A model generated the notes under the pieces. It did not search any database. It was not told the DNA's origin and saw only the letters and a list, made by a program, of their open reading frames with translations. Source: Bacteroidales bacterium (GTDB lineage Bacteria; Bacteroidota; Bacteroidia; Bacteroidales; UBA932). From it: 64,000 bases of DNA. The stretch lies in contig JAFTCB010000047.1 in NCBI GenBank assembly GCA_017454905.1, forward strand, positions 15,030 through 79,029, given 5' to 3'. How positions within the stretch are numbered: the first letter of the stretch is position 1; the number at the start of each line of letters is the position of its first letter. This document shows positions 22,519-32,228 of this stretch, piece after piece. A program made the position numbers and the translations under genes.

Positions 22519-23859
22519 CTATATGAAGATATAGCGCAGTACGAAGAGCACGGCCAGAACCCACATCGGGATGGAGATCTCCTTGAAGCGGCCGGCGATG
22601 GCGTGGGTGGCCACATAGGCAATCACGCCGATCAGGATACCGTCGGAGATGCTGTAAGCCACCGGCATCAGGATGATGGTCAGGAAGGCCGGGATGCTCT
22701 TGCAGTAGTCGTCCCAGTGGATGCGCTTGACGGAAGGCATCATCATCACGCCCACGATCACCAGCGCCGGCGCCGTGGCGGCACCCGGGATGGACAGGAA
22801 GATCGGGGAGAAGAACAGGGCCAGGGCGAAGCAGACCGCGGTGGAGAAGGCCGTGAGGCCGGTGCGGCCGCCGGCACCGACGCCGGATGCGCTCTCGACA
22901 TAGGTCGTGGTGGTGGAGGTGCCGAGGCAGGCACCGCACACGGTGGCGATGGAGTCGGCCATGAACATCTTCTCCATGCCCTCCACCTCGTCACGCTCGA
23001 CCAGGCCGGCGCCCTGGTGGACACCGATGATGGTTCCCATCGTGTCGAACATATCGATGAACAGGAAGGTGAACACGACCACCAGCATATCCCAGCTGAG
23101 GATGTTGTGGAACTCGAACTGGCAGAAGATCGGCGCTACGCTGTCCGGCAGCGAAAGTAGCTTGACGGCGCCCGCATCGTTGCGCACCAGCTGCGTGACG
23201 GCCTCGCCCGTCACGGGGTCCTTGATCACCAGGCCGATCAGGGCCGTGATGATGATGCCGATCAGGATGCCGCCGCGGACCTTGAGCATCACCAGGCCGG
23301 CCGTGATCATCAGGCCGATCATGCCGACGAGCGCAGGGCCGTGGGTGATGTCGCCGAGGGTCACGAGCGTGGCGTCGGAATTCACGATGATGCCGGCGTT
23401 CTGCAGGCCGATGAAGGCGATGAACAGGCCGATACCGGCGCCGATCGCTTTCTTCAGCGTGCCCGGGATGGCATCCAGCAGCCAGGTACGCACCTTGGTC
23501 ACCGTCAGGATGATGAAGAGGATGCCTTCAAGCAGCACGGCCGTCAGGGCGAACTGCCAGGAGTAGCCCATCGTCAGGCAGACCGTGTATACGAAGAAAG
23601 CGTTCAGGCCCATGCCCGGGGCCAGGGCGAAAGGCTTCTTGGCATAGATCGCCATCACCAGCGTACCGATGATGGCGGCCAAGGCCGTGGAAGTGAACAC
23701 CGCCCCCCCGGGCATGCCGTCCAGGGCGCTGAAAATGCTGGGATTGACGGCCAGGATGTAGGCCATCGTCAGGAACGTGGTGATGCCCGCGACAATCTCC
23801 GTGCGGACATTGTGCTTGCCGGCTTCAAAGCCGAAAGCCTTGTTCAGGAAGTTCGCCAT
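22519..23859 (-). CDS. NCS2/AzgA-family purine permease
   Basis: TEIVAGITTFLTMAYILAVNP, ALAPGMGLNAFF, AGIGLFIAFIGL, D.FDT.GT, TTYVESASG...GGRTGLTA. Confidence 0.93.
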   Translation of the reverse strand: MANFLNKAFGFEAGKHNVRTEIVAGITTFLTMAYILAVNPSIFSALDGMPGGAVFTSTALAAIIGTLVMAIYAKKPFALAPGMGLNAFFVYTVCLTMGYSWQFALTAVLLEGILFIILTVTKVRTWLLDAIPGTLKKAIGAGIGLFIAFIGLQNAGIIVNSDATLVTLGDITHGPALVGMIGLMITAGLVMLKVRGGILIGIIITALIGLVIKDPVTGEAVTQLVRNDAGAVKLLSLPDSVAPIFCQFEFHNILSWDMLVVVFTFLFIDMFDTMGTIIGVHQGAGLVERDEVEGMEKMFMADSIATVCGACLGTSTTTTYVESASGVGAGGRTGLTAFSTAVCFALALFFSPIFLSIPGAATAPALVIVGVMMMPSVKRIHWDDYCKSIPAFLTIILMPVAYSISDGILIGVIAYVATHAIAGRFKEISIPMWVLAVLFVLRYIFI

Positions 23860-23871
23860 AGCTCATGCAGA

Positions 23872-24621
23872 TTAGAAGACCCACTTGATACCGGCGCAGG
23901 GACGGCACCAGAAACCTTTCTTCGTCCCGAAATCGAAGGAAAGCTCGACTTCACCGCCGATGTTGAGGTTGTCGCAGCCGAAGTGCTGGCCGATGTTGTA
24001 CCAGAGCTGGGGCTCGGAGATGAAAACAGTATGGGAGGTCGTCGGAAGCATATCTCCGGCGTGATCGGCGAAAAGCAGATGATCTTCCCACCAGAAATCG
24101 GCGAAACCGCTGAAACGGAGACCCTTGGCACCGAAGAGATCCTGCAGGCCCCAGACGAAGGTAAACTGCAGGGGGACATTCTGCGTGGTGTTCCAGATCT
24201 TCTTGTAGAGCACCTTGAAATTGAAGGTGTTGTTGAAGTCGGCACTGTGCAGGAACCAGTCGAGACCGACAAGCATGGCATTCTTGATGGTGTAGCCGTT
24301 ATATACGCCGCCGTTGTACTCGACCTGGAGGCTGAGCGGGGCGAGGGCGGTATTCTGCCAGAAGTTCAGGCAGCGGGCGACTTCCATGTAAGTGCCGCTC
24401 GGCGCTTCGACCTTGCCCTTGGCATCCTTGGCATTGAAATCATGGTCAATGAAGAAGAAGGTGTTGCCCCAGTTGTCGTTGTAGAAACCTTCGAGCGTCG
24501 TCGTGACATGCTGACGGTCAGACCCGAAATCATAGAACACCTGGAGGTTGGTCTGCGCTTTTGCTCCTTGAGCGAAAAGCAACGCTGCGGCGGTAAACGC
24601 CATCAAGAATACTTTTTTCAT
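23872..24621 (-). CDS. Outer-membrane protein, DUF5020 / Tsx-like putative nucleoside channel
   Basis: Signal peptide; N.Q.FYDFG, D.WG.TFFF.D, QVEYNGG, FSGFADFW, SEPQLWYN, GGEVELS; C-terminal WVF; purine-salvage context. Confidence 0.75.
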   Translation of the reverse strand: MKKVFLMAFTAAALLFAQGAKAQTNLQVFYDFGSDRQHVTTTLEGFYNDNWGNTFFFIDHDFNAKDAKGKVEAPSGTYMEVARCLNFWQNTALAPLSLQVEYNGGVYNGYTIKNAMLVGLDWFLHSADFNNTFNFKVLYKKIWNTTQNVPLQFTFVWGLQDLFGAKGLRFSGFADFWWEDHLLFADHAGDMLPTTSHTVFISEPQLWYNIGQHFGCDNLNIGGEVELSFDFGTKKGFWCRPCAGIKWVF

Positions 24622-24641
24622 ATTATTAGTTAAAGTAATTG

Positions 24642-25166
24642 TCAGACTTTGATGACAGACGTCACCTCAACGCCGGCGGGCAGCAGTCCGCGACCCTTGA
24701 GGTCTTCGATCTCGATGATGAAATTGATGTAGGTCTTCGCCGGTCCGAACTGGCTGACGAGGCGGGCGGCGGCGGCGACCGTGCCGCCCGTGGCAAGCAG
24801 GTCGTCGTGGATCAGGACCACATCGTCCGGGGTGATCGCATCCTGATGGATCTCGATCGTGTCGTGCCCGTATTCCTTGTCATAAGTCTCGCTGAGCACG
24901 TCGGCCGGAAGCTTGCCCGGCTTGCGGGCCATCACGAAACCGGCACCGAGCCGGATGGCGAGGGCCGGGCCCATCACGAAGCCCCGGGACTCCAGGCCCA
25001 CGACCTTGGTGATGCCTTTGTCTTTATAGATGTCATAGAGGATATCCTCGAGTTCGCGGAGGCACTCCGCATCCTTAAACATGGTGGTGACATCCCAGAA
25101 CAGGATGCCCTTGACGGGGAAATCCGGAACGGTCCGGAGACTGGCTTTCAATTTTTCTACACTCAT
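24642..25166 (-). CDS. apt: Adenine phosphoribosyltransferase
   Basis: R.VPDFP.KGILF.D.T, GLESRGF, RKPGKLP, Y..EYG, LIHDDLLATGGT. Confidence 0.96.
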   Translation of the reverse strand: MSVEKLKASLRTVPDFPVKGILFWDVTTMFKDAECLRELEDILYDIYKDKGITKVVGLESRGFVMGPALAIRLGAGFVMARKPGKLPADVLSETYDKEYGHDTIEIHQDAITPDDVVLIHDDLLATGGTVAAAARLVSQFGPAKTYINFIIEIEDLKGRGLLPAGVEVTSVIKV

Positions 25167-25287
25167 GGGAACGCAACTAACAATATACGAAGATAATACT
25201 TTTCCATGAGAATTCCGCCGGCCAGGCACGTTTTTCACTGCCTTGCATGACGCGTGTTCCGCAAGAATGCTTATCTTTGTGATGATT

Positions 25288-27375
25288 ATGCAGAAAAGAA
25301 GTGGAAAAGGCCGGCAGGCATCCAAAGGAAAGAAAAAAGCCGGCGGAAGCAACAAGAAAGTTTTCCCGCAGTATGTCGGGAAAGTACAGATGACCCGCGA
25401 GGGTTTCATCTTCGTCATCATCGAAGGCCAGGACGACGATGTCTTCGTCAAGGCCTCCAAGACCCGCCACGCCCTGCACGGCGATACCGTCCGGGTGGCC
25501 GTGACGCGGGAGAAAAACGACACGAAACGCCGTGAGGGCGAGGTGGTGGAGATCATCCAGCGCTCGGAGCGGCCCTTCGTCGGATACTATCATACCGTCG
25601 GAGCCCAGGCCTGGGTCCTGATGCAGAGCAAGTCGATGCCCTACGACATCCAGGTGGATGCCGAAGAGGCGGCGGCGATGGGAGCGCAGGCCGGGATGAA
25701 GGTCGCGGCGGTCGTGGACCGCTGGGACCGCCGCGACCACGGCCCCCACGGCCACCTGGTCGATGTGCTCGGCATGCCCGGCGAGAACGATACCGAGATG
25801 CACGCGATCCTCGCGGAATTCAACCTCCCCTACCGCTTCTCTCCCGAAGTGGAGAACGCCGCGGACAAGATCTCGGAGGAGATCACGGATGCGGACCTGA
25901 AAGGGCGCAAGGATTTCCGCAAAACCTTTACCTTCACCATCGATCCGGCGGACGCCAAGGATTTCGACGACGCGTTGTCCTTCACCCCGCTGGAGAACGG
26001 CAATTATGAGATCGGCGTGCACATCGCCGACGTGTCCTGGTATGTCCGGCCCGGCTCCATGGTGGACAAGGAGGCCCGGGAGCGCGGGACGTCCGTGTAT
26101 CTGGTGGACCGGACGGTGCCGATGCTTCCCGAAAAGCTTTGCAACAAGCTTTGTTCGCTGCGGCCGCACGAAGACAAGCTGACCTTCTCCGCCGTCTTCG
26201 AGATGACGCCCAAGGCCGAGATCAAGTCCCGCTGGCTCGGCCGCACGGTCATCGATTCCAACTACCGGCTCGACTACGACCAGGCGCAGCAGATCATCGA
26301 ATCTGAAACTCCGCTCCGCGACAGCCAGCCTCTCCAGACTTCCGGCTCCGCTGCGTCTGCAGATGCCGAATTGATTGAAGCGATCCGGACGCTGAACAAA
26401 CTGGCGGGGATCCTGAAGCAGAAGGAGCGCGCCGCCGGAGCCATCGACTTCGACCGGCCGGAAATGAAAGTGGAGGTGGACGAAAAGGGCAAACCCGTCC
26501 GCGTTTACCAGAAGGTCTCCAAGGAGGCCAACTGGCTCATCGAAGAATTCATGCTCCTGGCGAACCGCACGGTCGCCGAATTCGTCGCCACCGGCGGACA
26601 GATGAACGGTGTGGCACAGAAAAACGCCAAGACCTTCGTGTACCGCGTCCACGGCGAGCCCAACGAACTCAAGCTTGAGAACCTCTACACCTTCGCCAAG
26701 GGATTCGGCTACCGCATCCCCACCGACGCCCCCACCGGCGGCCGCGCCACGGCCAAGAACCTCAACCAGCTCCTGGACTCCGCCAAAGGCAAACCGGAAT
26801 TCGCCGCGCTGGAAAACCTCGCGCTGCGCGCCATGGCCAAGGCCTGCTACAGCACCGACAACATCGGCCACTACGGCCTCGCCTTCAAGTTCTACACGCA
26901 CTTCACCTCGCCGATCCGCCGCTACCCGGACCTGATGGTCCACCGCCTGCTGGCACGCTACCTGGACAACGGCGAGAGCGCCAAGAAGGACAAGTTCGAA
27001 GAAGAGTGCCGCCACGCCTCCGAGCGCGAACTCGTGGCCGCCGACGCCGAGCGCACCTCCACCAAATACAAGCTCGTGGAATTCATGATGGACAAGATCG
27101 GGGAAGAGTACGACGGCCACGTGTCCGGCATCACCGAATGGGGCATGTACGTGGAGATCGAGCCGACCAAGATTGAAGGCATGGTCTCCGTGCGGGACCT
27201 GCGCTCCGACTTCTACGAGTTCGACGAGGCCCGCTACCGCCTGGTCGGCAAACGCCGCCACAAGCAGTTCCGCCTCGGTGATCCGGTGCGGATCCGCGTC
27301 AAGAACGCCAACCTGGAGCAGCGCCTGCTGGACTTCGAACTGATTGAAAATCCCACTGAATATGGCAAACAGTAA
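25288..27375 (+). CDS. rnr: Ribonuclease R
   Basis: ALHGD.V, FTIDP.DAKDFDDALS, GVHIADVS, RGTSVYL, LIEEFMLLAN, HYGLAF..YTHFTSPIRRYPDL.VHR, C-terminal S1 domain. TATCTTTG at 25272-25279 supports this start. Confidence 0.95.
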   Translation: MQKRSGKGRQASKGKKKAGGSNKKVFPQYVGKVQMTREGFIFVIIEGQDDDVFVKASKTRHALHGDTVRVAVTREKNDTKRREGEVVEIIQRSERPFVGYYHTVGAQAWVLMQSKSMPYDIQVDAEEAAAMGAQAGMKVAAVVDRWDRRDHGPHGHLVDVLGMPGENDTEMHAILAEFNLPYRFSPEVENAADKISEEITDADLKGRKDFRKTFTFTIDPADAKDFDDALSFTPLENGNYEIGVHIADVSWYVRPGSMVDKEARERGTSVYLVDRTVPMLPEKLCNKLCSLRPHEDKLTFSAVFEMTPKAEIKSRWLGRTVIDSNYRLDYDQAQQIIESETPLRDSQPLQTSGSAASADAELIEAIRTLNKLAGILKQKERAAGAIDFDRPEMKVEVDEKGKPVRVYQKVSKEANWLIEEFMLLANRTVAEFVATGGQMNGVAQKNAKTFVYRVHGEPNELKLENLYTFAKGFGYRIPTDAPTGGRATAKNLNQLLDSAKGKPEFAALENLALRAMAKACYSTDNIGHYGLAFKFYTHFTSPIRRYPDLMVHRLLARYLDNGESAKKDKFEEECRHASERELVAADAERTSTKYKLVEFMMDKIGEEYDGHVSGITEWGMYVEIEPTKIEGMVSVRDLRSDFYEFDEARYRLVGKRRHKQFRLGDPVRIRVKNANLEQRLLDFELIENPTEYGKQ

Positions 27376-27571
27376 TTCTTTATTCGCATTCTTAGCCGGT
27401 GTCGTCACCGGTGCCGCACTCCTCATCCTCGCCAACACCGAGAAGGGAGAGGAAGTCCTTGAAGATATCAAGGAAAAAGGCTCCGAGGCCTTTGAGAACG
27501 GCCGGGCCGCCGTCCTGAACGGTCTGGACAAACTCGAGGACTCCCTCACTTCCAAGAAAAAGGAAGACTGA
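27362..27571 (+). CDS. YtxH-like small membrane-anchored protein
   Basis: AFLAGVVTGAALLIL...EKG.E followed by a charged helix; overlaps the rnr stop. Confidence 0.7.
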   Translation: MANSNSLFAFLAGVVTGAALLILANTEKGEEVLEDIKEKGSEAFENGRAAVLNGLDKLEDSLTSKKKED

Positions 27572-27572
27572 C

Positions 27573-27920
27573 ATGGCCAGCGACAAGACCCTTTCGGAAC
27601 TCGCACAGGAAGCGCGCGAGTACGCCGACATGCGGGTGGATGAATTCAAGCTCAAGGCCACCCGGGGCATCTCCACCGCCCTGGGCCAGGCCCTCGCCTA
27701 CCTGCTCATCATCGCGGTGCTCGTCATCGTGCTCGGGCTGCTTGCCTTCGCTCTGCTGCAGTGGCTGAACGCCCTCGTCGGCAGTCCCTGGGGGACGCTG
27801 ATCGTCGCCGGCATCTTCATCATCGGACTGTGCGTGCTCCTGCTGAACCGCCACAAACTGTTCAAGGACCTCTTCGTCAAGCTCTTCATCGACATTTTCT
27901 ATGACCCCGAAGAAGAATAA
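27573..27920 (+). CDS. Phage-holin-like / YqjE-type two-TM membrane protein
   Basis: EY...R....KL followed by two TM helices; typical partner of YtxH-like genes. Confidence 0.65.
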   Translation: MASDKTLSELAQEAREYADMRVDEFKLKATRGISTALGQALAYLLIIAVLVIVLGLLAFALLQWLNALVGSPWGTLIVAGIFIIGLCVLLLNRHKLFKDLFVKLFIDIFYDPEEE

Positions 27921-28221
27921 CAAGTACGCCAGGATCCGCACTACGGCCGAACTGGACGCAGCCATCCGGGAAATCCACACCGACCGGGAGCGCAAAGGCA
28001 GGACCGTTGAAAAAGACCTCCGCAGCCTGCAGAACCGTCTCCGCCCCGCCACGATGGTATCCAACGTCTTCCAGCACGTCTCGCCCTACTTCACCTGGAG
28101 CGAAATCGGGCTGGGTCTCGTGCGCGGTCTCAAGAAAGCCATTTCCGCGCCCCGCGCGAAAAGCAAGAAAAAAGAGGTCCCGGCAGCACCGGAACCTCTG
28201 GAAGAACAGGATAATCGCTAG
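27901..28221 (+). CDS. Hypothetical protein (third gene of the YtxH-holin cluster)
   Basis: Overlaps the previous ORF; basic helical protein. Confidence 0.6.
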   Translation: MTPKKNNKYARIRTTAELDAAIREIHTDRERKGRTVEKDLRSLQNRLRPATMVSNVFQHVSPYFTWSEIGLGLVRGLKKAISAPRAKSKKKEVPAAPEPLEEQDNR

Positions 28222-29753
28222 ATCAGCGGCTCCGCGGTCATCGCCGCGGGCTGCGGAATCCCCATCAGCTTCAGGATCGTAGGCGCCACATTGCAGAGGG
28301 CGCCGTCCTTGACTTCCTTCACGGCCTCGCCGGCGTTGATCACGACGAACTGGACCGTGTTGAGGGAGTGGGCCGTATTCGGCGTACCGTCCGGATTGAC
28401 CTCATAGTCGGCATTGCCGTGATCGGCGGTCAGCAGCACCACATAGTCGTGGGCAATGGCAGCCTCCACCACTTTTCCGACAAGCTTGTCGATGCACTCG
28501 ACGGTCTTGGTGACGGCGGTATAGACGCCCGTATGGCCCACCATGTCACCGTTTGCGAAGTTCAGGATGATGAGGTCTTCCACCTCGGAATTGATCTTGT
28601 CGATCAGCTTCTCAGCCACCTCGGGGGCACTCATCTGCGGCAGCAGGTCGTAGGTAGGCACCTTCGGGGAATTCACGAGGATGCGGTCTTCGTTCTCGAA
28701 CTGGAGTTCGCGGCCGCCGTTGAAGAAGAAGGTCACATGCGCGTATTTCTCCGTCTCGGCGATGCGCAGCTGGCGCTTGCCGGCCTTGGAGACGGTCTCG
28801 CCGAGGGTGTCGCTGACAAGTTCCTTGTCGAAGAGGATGTGCACGCCGGTGAAGGAAGCGTCATACGGCGTGAGGCAGCAGTAGTACAGCGGGAGGGTGT
28901 GCATGCCCTCTTCCGGCATGTCCTTCTGCGTGAGCACGGTCGTGAGCTCGCGGGCGCGGTCGTTGCGGAAGTTGTAGAAGATGATGGCATCGCCTTCCTC
29001 GACCTTGGCGAGCGGAGCGCCGGCGGCGTCGGTGATGACGATCGGCTTGACGAACTCGTCGGTCACGTCGGCGTCGTAGGATGCCTGGATGCCGTCGATA
29101 GCAGAGGTAAAGGCTGCGCCCTTGCCCTCAACGAGCAGGTCATAGGCCTCCTTGACGCGGTTCCAGCGCTTGTCGCGGTCCATCGCATAGAAGCGGCCGC
29201 ACACGGAAGCGATCTTGCCGGTGGTCTCATTCATCTTCTGCTCCAGCTCCTCGAGGAAGCCCTTGCCGCTGTGCGGGTCGGTGTCGCGGCCGTCCATGAA
29301 GGCATGGACATAGACCTGCTCCAGGCCGTATTCCTTCGCCACGCGCAGGAATTCATAAACATGGTCCAGGGAGGAATGCACGCCGCCGTGGGAAGTCAGG
29401 CCCATCAGGTGCAGTTTCTTGCCGGAAGTCTTGACATAGTCGTAGACCGCCTTGATCTCGGCATTGTCGAGGAACTTGTGGTCGCGGACCGCCATGTTGA
29501 TCTTGACGAGGTCCTGATAGACCACGCGGCCGGCGCCGAGGTTCATGTGTCCGACCTCGGAGTTGCCCATCTGACCGTCCGGCAGACCGACGTATTCGCC
29601 GCAGGCCTGCAGGTGACCGTAGGGATATTTGGCGCGCAGGCCGTCGATAACCGGCGTACCCTGTGCCCAGATGGCATTCGAATAATCATGCTTGCCCTCG
29701 CCCCAACCGTCGAGGATCATCAGAAGTACTTTTCTGTTCATATCTTGAGTCAT
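28218..29753 (-). CDS. gpmI: 2,3-bisphosphoglycerate-independent phosphoglycerate mutase
   Basis: [73 protein letters not shown]. Confidence 0.97.
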   Translation of the reverse strand: MTQDMNRKVLLMILDGWGEGKHDYSNAIWAQGTPVIDGLRAKYPYGHLQACGEYVGLPDGQMGNSEVGHMNLGAGRVVYQDLVKINMAVRDHKFLDNAEIKAVYDYVKTSGKKLHLMGLTSHGGVHSSLDHVYEFLRVAKEYGLEQVYVHAFMDGRDTDPHSGKGFLEELEQKMNETTGKIASVCGRFYAMDRDKRWNRVKEAYDLLVEGKGAAFTSAIDGIQASYDADVTDEFVKPIVITDAAGAPLAKVEEGDAIIFYNFRNDRARELTTVLTQKDMPEEGMHTLPLYYCCLTPYDASFTGVHILFDKELVSDTLGETVSKAGKRQLRIAETEKYAHVTFFFNGGRELQFENEDRILVNSPKVPTYDLLPQMSAPEVAEKLIDKINSEVEDLIILNFANGDMVGHTGVYTAVTKTVECIDKLVGKVVEAAIAHDYVVLLTADHGNADYEVNPDGTPNTAHSLNTVQFVVINAGEAVKEVKDGALCNVAPTILKLMGIPQPAAMTAEPLI

Positions 29754-32210
29754 TTACAATCGAGTCTGCAAAGATAACGACTTTTTCAGAGATGGCGAAG
29801 AAAGATTGACCGTCACGGTGCCGGGCGTGCGGGAGCTGCGCAGGATGACCTGCAGGAAGCCGCCGCGCATCGCCTTGGTGTCCACCCCATAGGACAGTTC
29901 CTCGGTATAATGGTCACCATTGTCCAGCGTCAGCAGCGTCGCGGCACCCTCCACCGAGACCTTCAGCGTCCCGGCGAAGTCCGGCACCACGCGGCCCTTG
30001 CGGTCCACCGCGTACACCTTGAGATACTGCAGGTCCATCCCGTCGGCCACCCAGGAATCCGGCGTCTCCGCCTCCACGCGCAGCGCGACGGCCTTGCCCG
30101 CCGTCTCCACGCGATGACGGGCCACCTCGCGTCCGCCGCTATAGCCGACGGCCTCGATGCTGCCGCCTTTGCCGTAGGGCACATCTTTCCAGGTCACGAT
30201 ATGCTGCGTACCGGGCTCGGTGTTGGCATTCGCCTTGCGGCCCAGGGATTTCCCGTTCACCAGCAGTTCCACCTGCTCCGCATTGGAGAAGACGGCCACC
30301 TGCAGCTTCGAGCCGGCCGGAAAGTTCCAGCTGGAGGTGTAGGTCTGCTGGCCCACGACGACGTCGTTCCAGTCCTTCAAGGCCTCGCTTCCCTCGGCGA
30401 CGGCGACCCGCACCACCGGCTCCTCCGGGATGAAGGCGCTCTTCATCAGCCAGGCCTGCGGATACGGTTCCAGCGTGTGGCTGAAGTAGCTGTAGTTCCA
30501 GCCCTTCTTGGGCCATCCGTCAGATTCGCCCCAGTATTCGACGGCGCCCCAGTACGCGAGGCCCACCATCTTGTCCTGGTCCATGCCGTAGTAGGGGCCC
30601 AGCAGTTCGCGGGTCGTGGCCTCGCTCTGGAAGATGATCAGGTGCGGGGCATGCTCCAGATAGCCGGAGTAGGCCTTCCAGCGATAGTTGAAACTCGCCA
30701 CTTCCGTGACGCAGGCAAGCTCGGGCGGGACGAGGTAGGTCTCGTATTCCGGACGGTCCCGGTAAATGCCGCCGGCCCGGGACGGGAACATCGCGACCGT
30801 CGTCTTGCGGGTATCGTCATAGCGTTTGACCAGCGTATCGAAGATCCGGTAGGTGGTAACGCCCCAGTCCTCGGTCGGGAAGCCGGCCCAGGCGTCCCGG
30901 TTCTGGAGTTCATTGCCCAGACTCCACATCACCACGGACGGACTGTTGCGGTCGCGCTTGATCCATTCGGGGATCATCTTGTACCAGTAGTCCGTGAAAG
31001 GGACCCGTCCGCCCCAGTATTCGCCGTTGCTCCACTTGTCCGTCAGTTCGTCCACGATGAGCATGCCCACCCGGTCGGCAATCTTGGTAAACTGCTCGCT
31101 GTAAGGGTTGTGCGAGCAGCGGATCACATTGAAGCCGAAAGCCTTGAGCCGGAGCATGAGCCGCTCGATGGCGGTATCATAAGAGGCTGCACCCAGGGCA
31201 CCGAGATCGTGGTGATCCGCCACGCCGTGCAGGAACAGCTTTTCACCGTTGAGGGTCATGCCCCGCTCCTGCGAGAACTCCACCTTGCGGATGCCGAAGC
31301 GGTCCGAGGCCTTGTCCACCAGCATCCCGTCCGCCCGGACTTCCACTTCGGCCGTATAGAGGCCGGGGCTGTCCGGCGACCAGAGTTGCGGATGGAGGAC
31401 CGTCATCTCCGGCATCTTCACCTCCACGCACTTGCGCAGGGTGTGCTCCGGGAATCCGGCCCGGCCCGAAGCCACCTCCTGCCCGTCCGGATCCAGAATC
31501 CGGACCAGGATGGAGGCATCATGCTCCTGGTACCCGTCCACCTCGACCTGCACGGCCACGGTGGCCTGGTCATGCCCGACCTCGGGCGTAGTCACGTACA
31601 CGCCATGGCGGGCGATGTGCGTGGGATTTTTGACCTCCAGATAGACATCGCGGAAGATGCCCGCTCCGGTGTACCACCGGGACGCGTTCCACGGCCCCGT
31701 AGCGGCATAGACAGCCACGACATTGGGCGCATCGAACTTCAGATACCCGGAGATCTCCGCCTCGAAACCGAGATAACCATACTCCCCGGAAGCGACCTTC
31801 TGTCCGTTCACATAGACGTCGCTGACATACATGATGCCGTCGAAATCCAGATAGACGCGCTTGCCGCGCCAGGCGGGATCCGCCGTGAAATGCTTGCGGT
31901 ACCAGCCTTCGCACAAAGGTTTGAAAGCGCGGGAAGAGGACACGACCTCCTTGTCCCAGGGCTGCTCGAACTGGAAATCGTGCGGCAGGTCCAGCGTCCG
32001 CCAGGCACTGTCATCAAGATCCGGGGCGGCCGCCCCGTCCAAGGCGCCCAGCCGGAACTTCCAGTCGAAATTGAACAGGACCTTCTGCTGGTTGGCAAAG
32101 GTTTCCAGCGGAGCATTCTGCTCCACCTGCGGGCCGCTCTGCTTCTGATACTGGGCGGAAGCGCCTAGGGCAGTGAGAAGTGTCAGCGCAACGGCTATCA
32201 GTCTTTTCAT
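29754..32210 (-). CDS. Glycoside hydrolase family 2 (beta-galactosidase-like)
   Basis: Signal peptide; LDLPHD, GWYRK.F, SRWY.GAGIFRDV, HHDLGALG, IRCSHNP, RDRN.PSVVMWSLGNE. Confidence 0.92.
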   Translation of the reverse strand: MKRLIAVALTLLTALGASAQYQKQSGPQVEQNAPLETFANQQKVLFNFDWKFRLGALDGAAAPDLDDSAWRTLDLPHDFQFEQPWDKEVVSSSRAFKPLCEGWYRKHFTADPAWRGKRVYLDFDGIMYVSDVYVNGQKVASGEYGYLGFEAEISGYLKFDAPNVVAVYAATGPWNASRWYTGAGIFRDVYLEVKNPTHIARHGVYVTTPEVGHDQATVAVQVEVDGYQEHDASILVRILDPDGQEVASGRAGFPEHTLRKCVEVKMPEMTVLHPQLWSPDSPGLYTAEVEVRADGMLVDKASDRFGIRKVEFSQERGMTLNGEKLFLHGVADHHDLGALGAASYDTAIERLMLRLKAFGFNVIRCSHNPYSEQFTKIADRVGMLIVDELTDKWSNGEYWGGRVPFTDYWYKMIPEWIKRDRNSPSVVMWSLGNELQNRDAWAGFPTEDWGVTTYRIFDTLVKRYDDTRKTTVAMFPSRAGGIYRDRPEYETYLVPPELACVTEVASFNYRWKAYSGYLEHAPHLIIFQSEATTRELLGPYYGMDQDKMVGLAYWGAVEYWGESDGWPKKGWNYSYFSHTLEPYPQAWLMKSAFIPEEPVVRVAVAEGSEALKDWNDVVVGQQTYTSSWNFPAGSKLQVAVFSNAEQVELLVNGKSLGRKANANTEPGTQHIVTWKDVPYGKGGSIEAVGYSGGREVARHRVETAGKAVALRVEAETPDSWVADGMDLQYLKVYAVDRKGRVVPDFAGTLKVSVEGAATLLTLDNGDHYTEELSYGVDTKAMRGGFLQVILRSSRTPGTVTVNLSSPSLKKSLSLQTRL

Positions 32211-32228
32211 GGGGAGGTGGTTGATGGG

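Noticed and set aside
25167-25270. Possible purine riboswitch upstream of apt
   Set aside because: No purine-riboswitch consensus visible, and a -7-like box at 25187-25194 leaves too short a leader.
27573-27920. Holin-like gene as evidence of a prophage
   Set aside because: No other phage genes; it belongs to a common chromosomal YtxH/holin-like membrane cluster.
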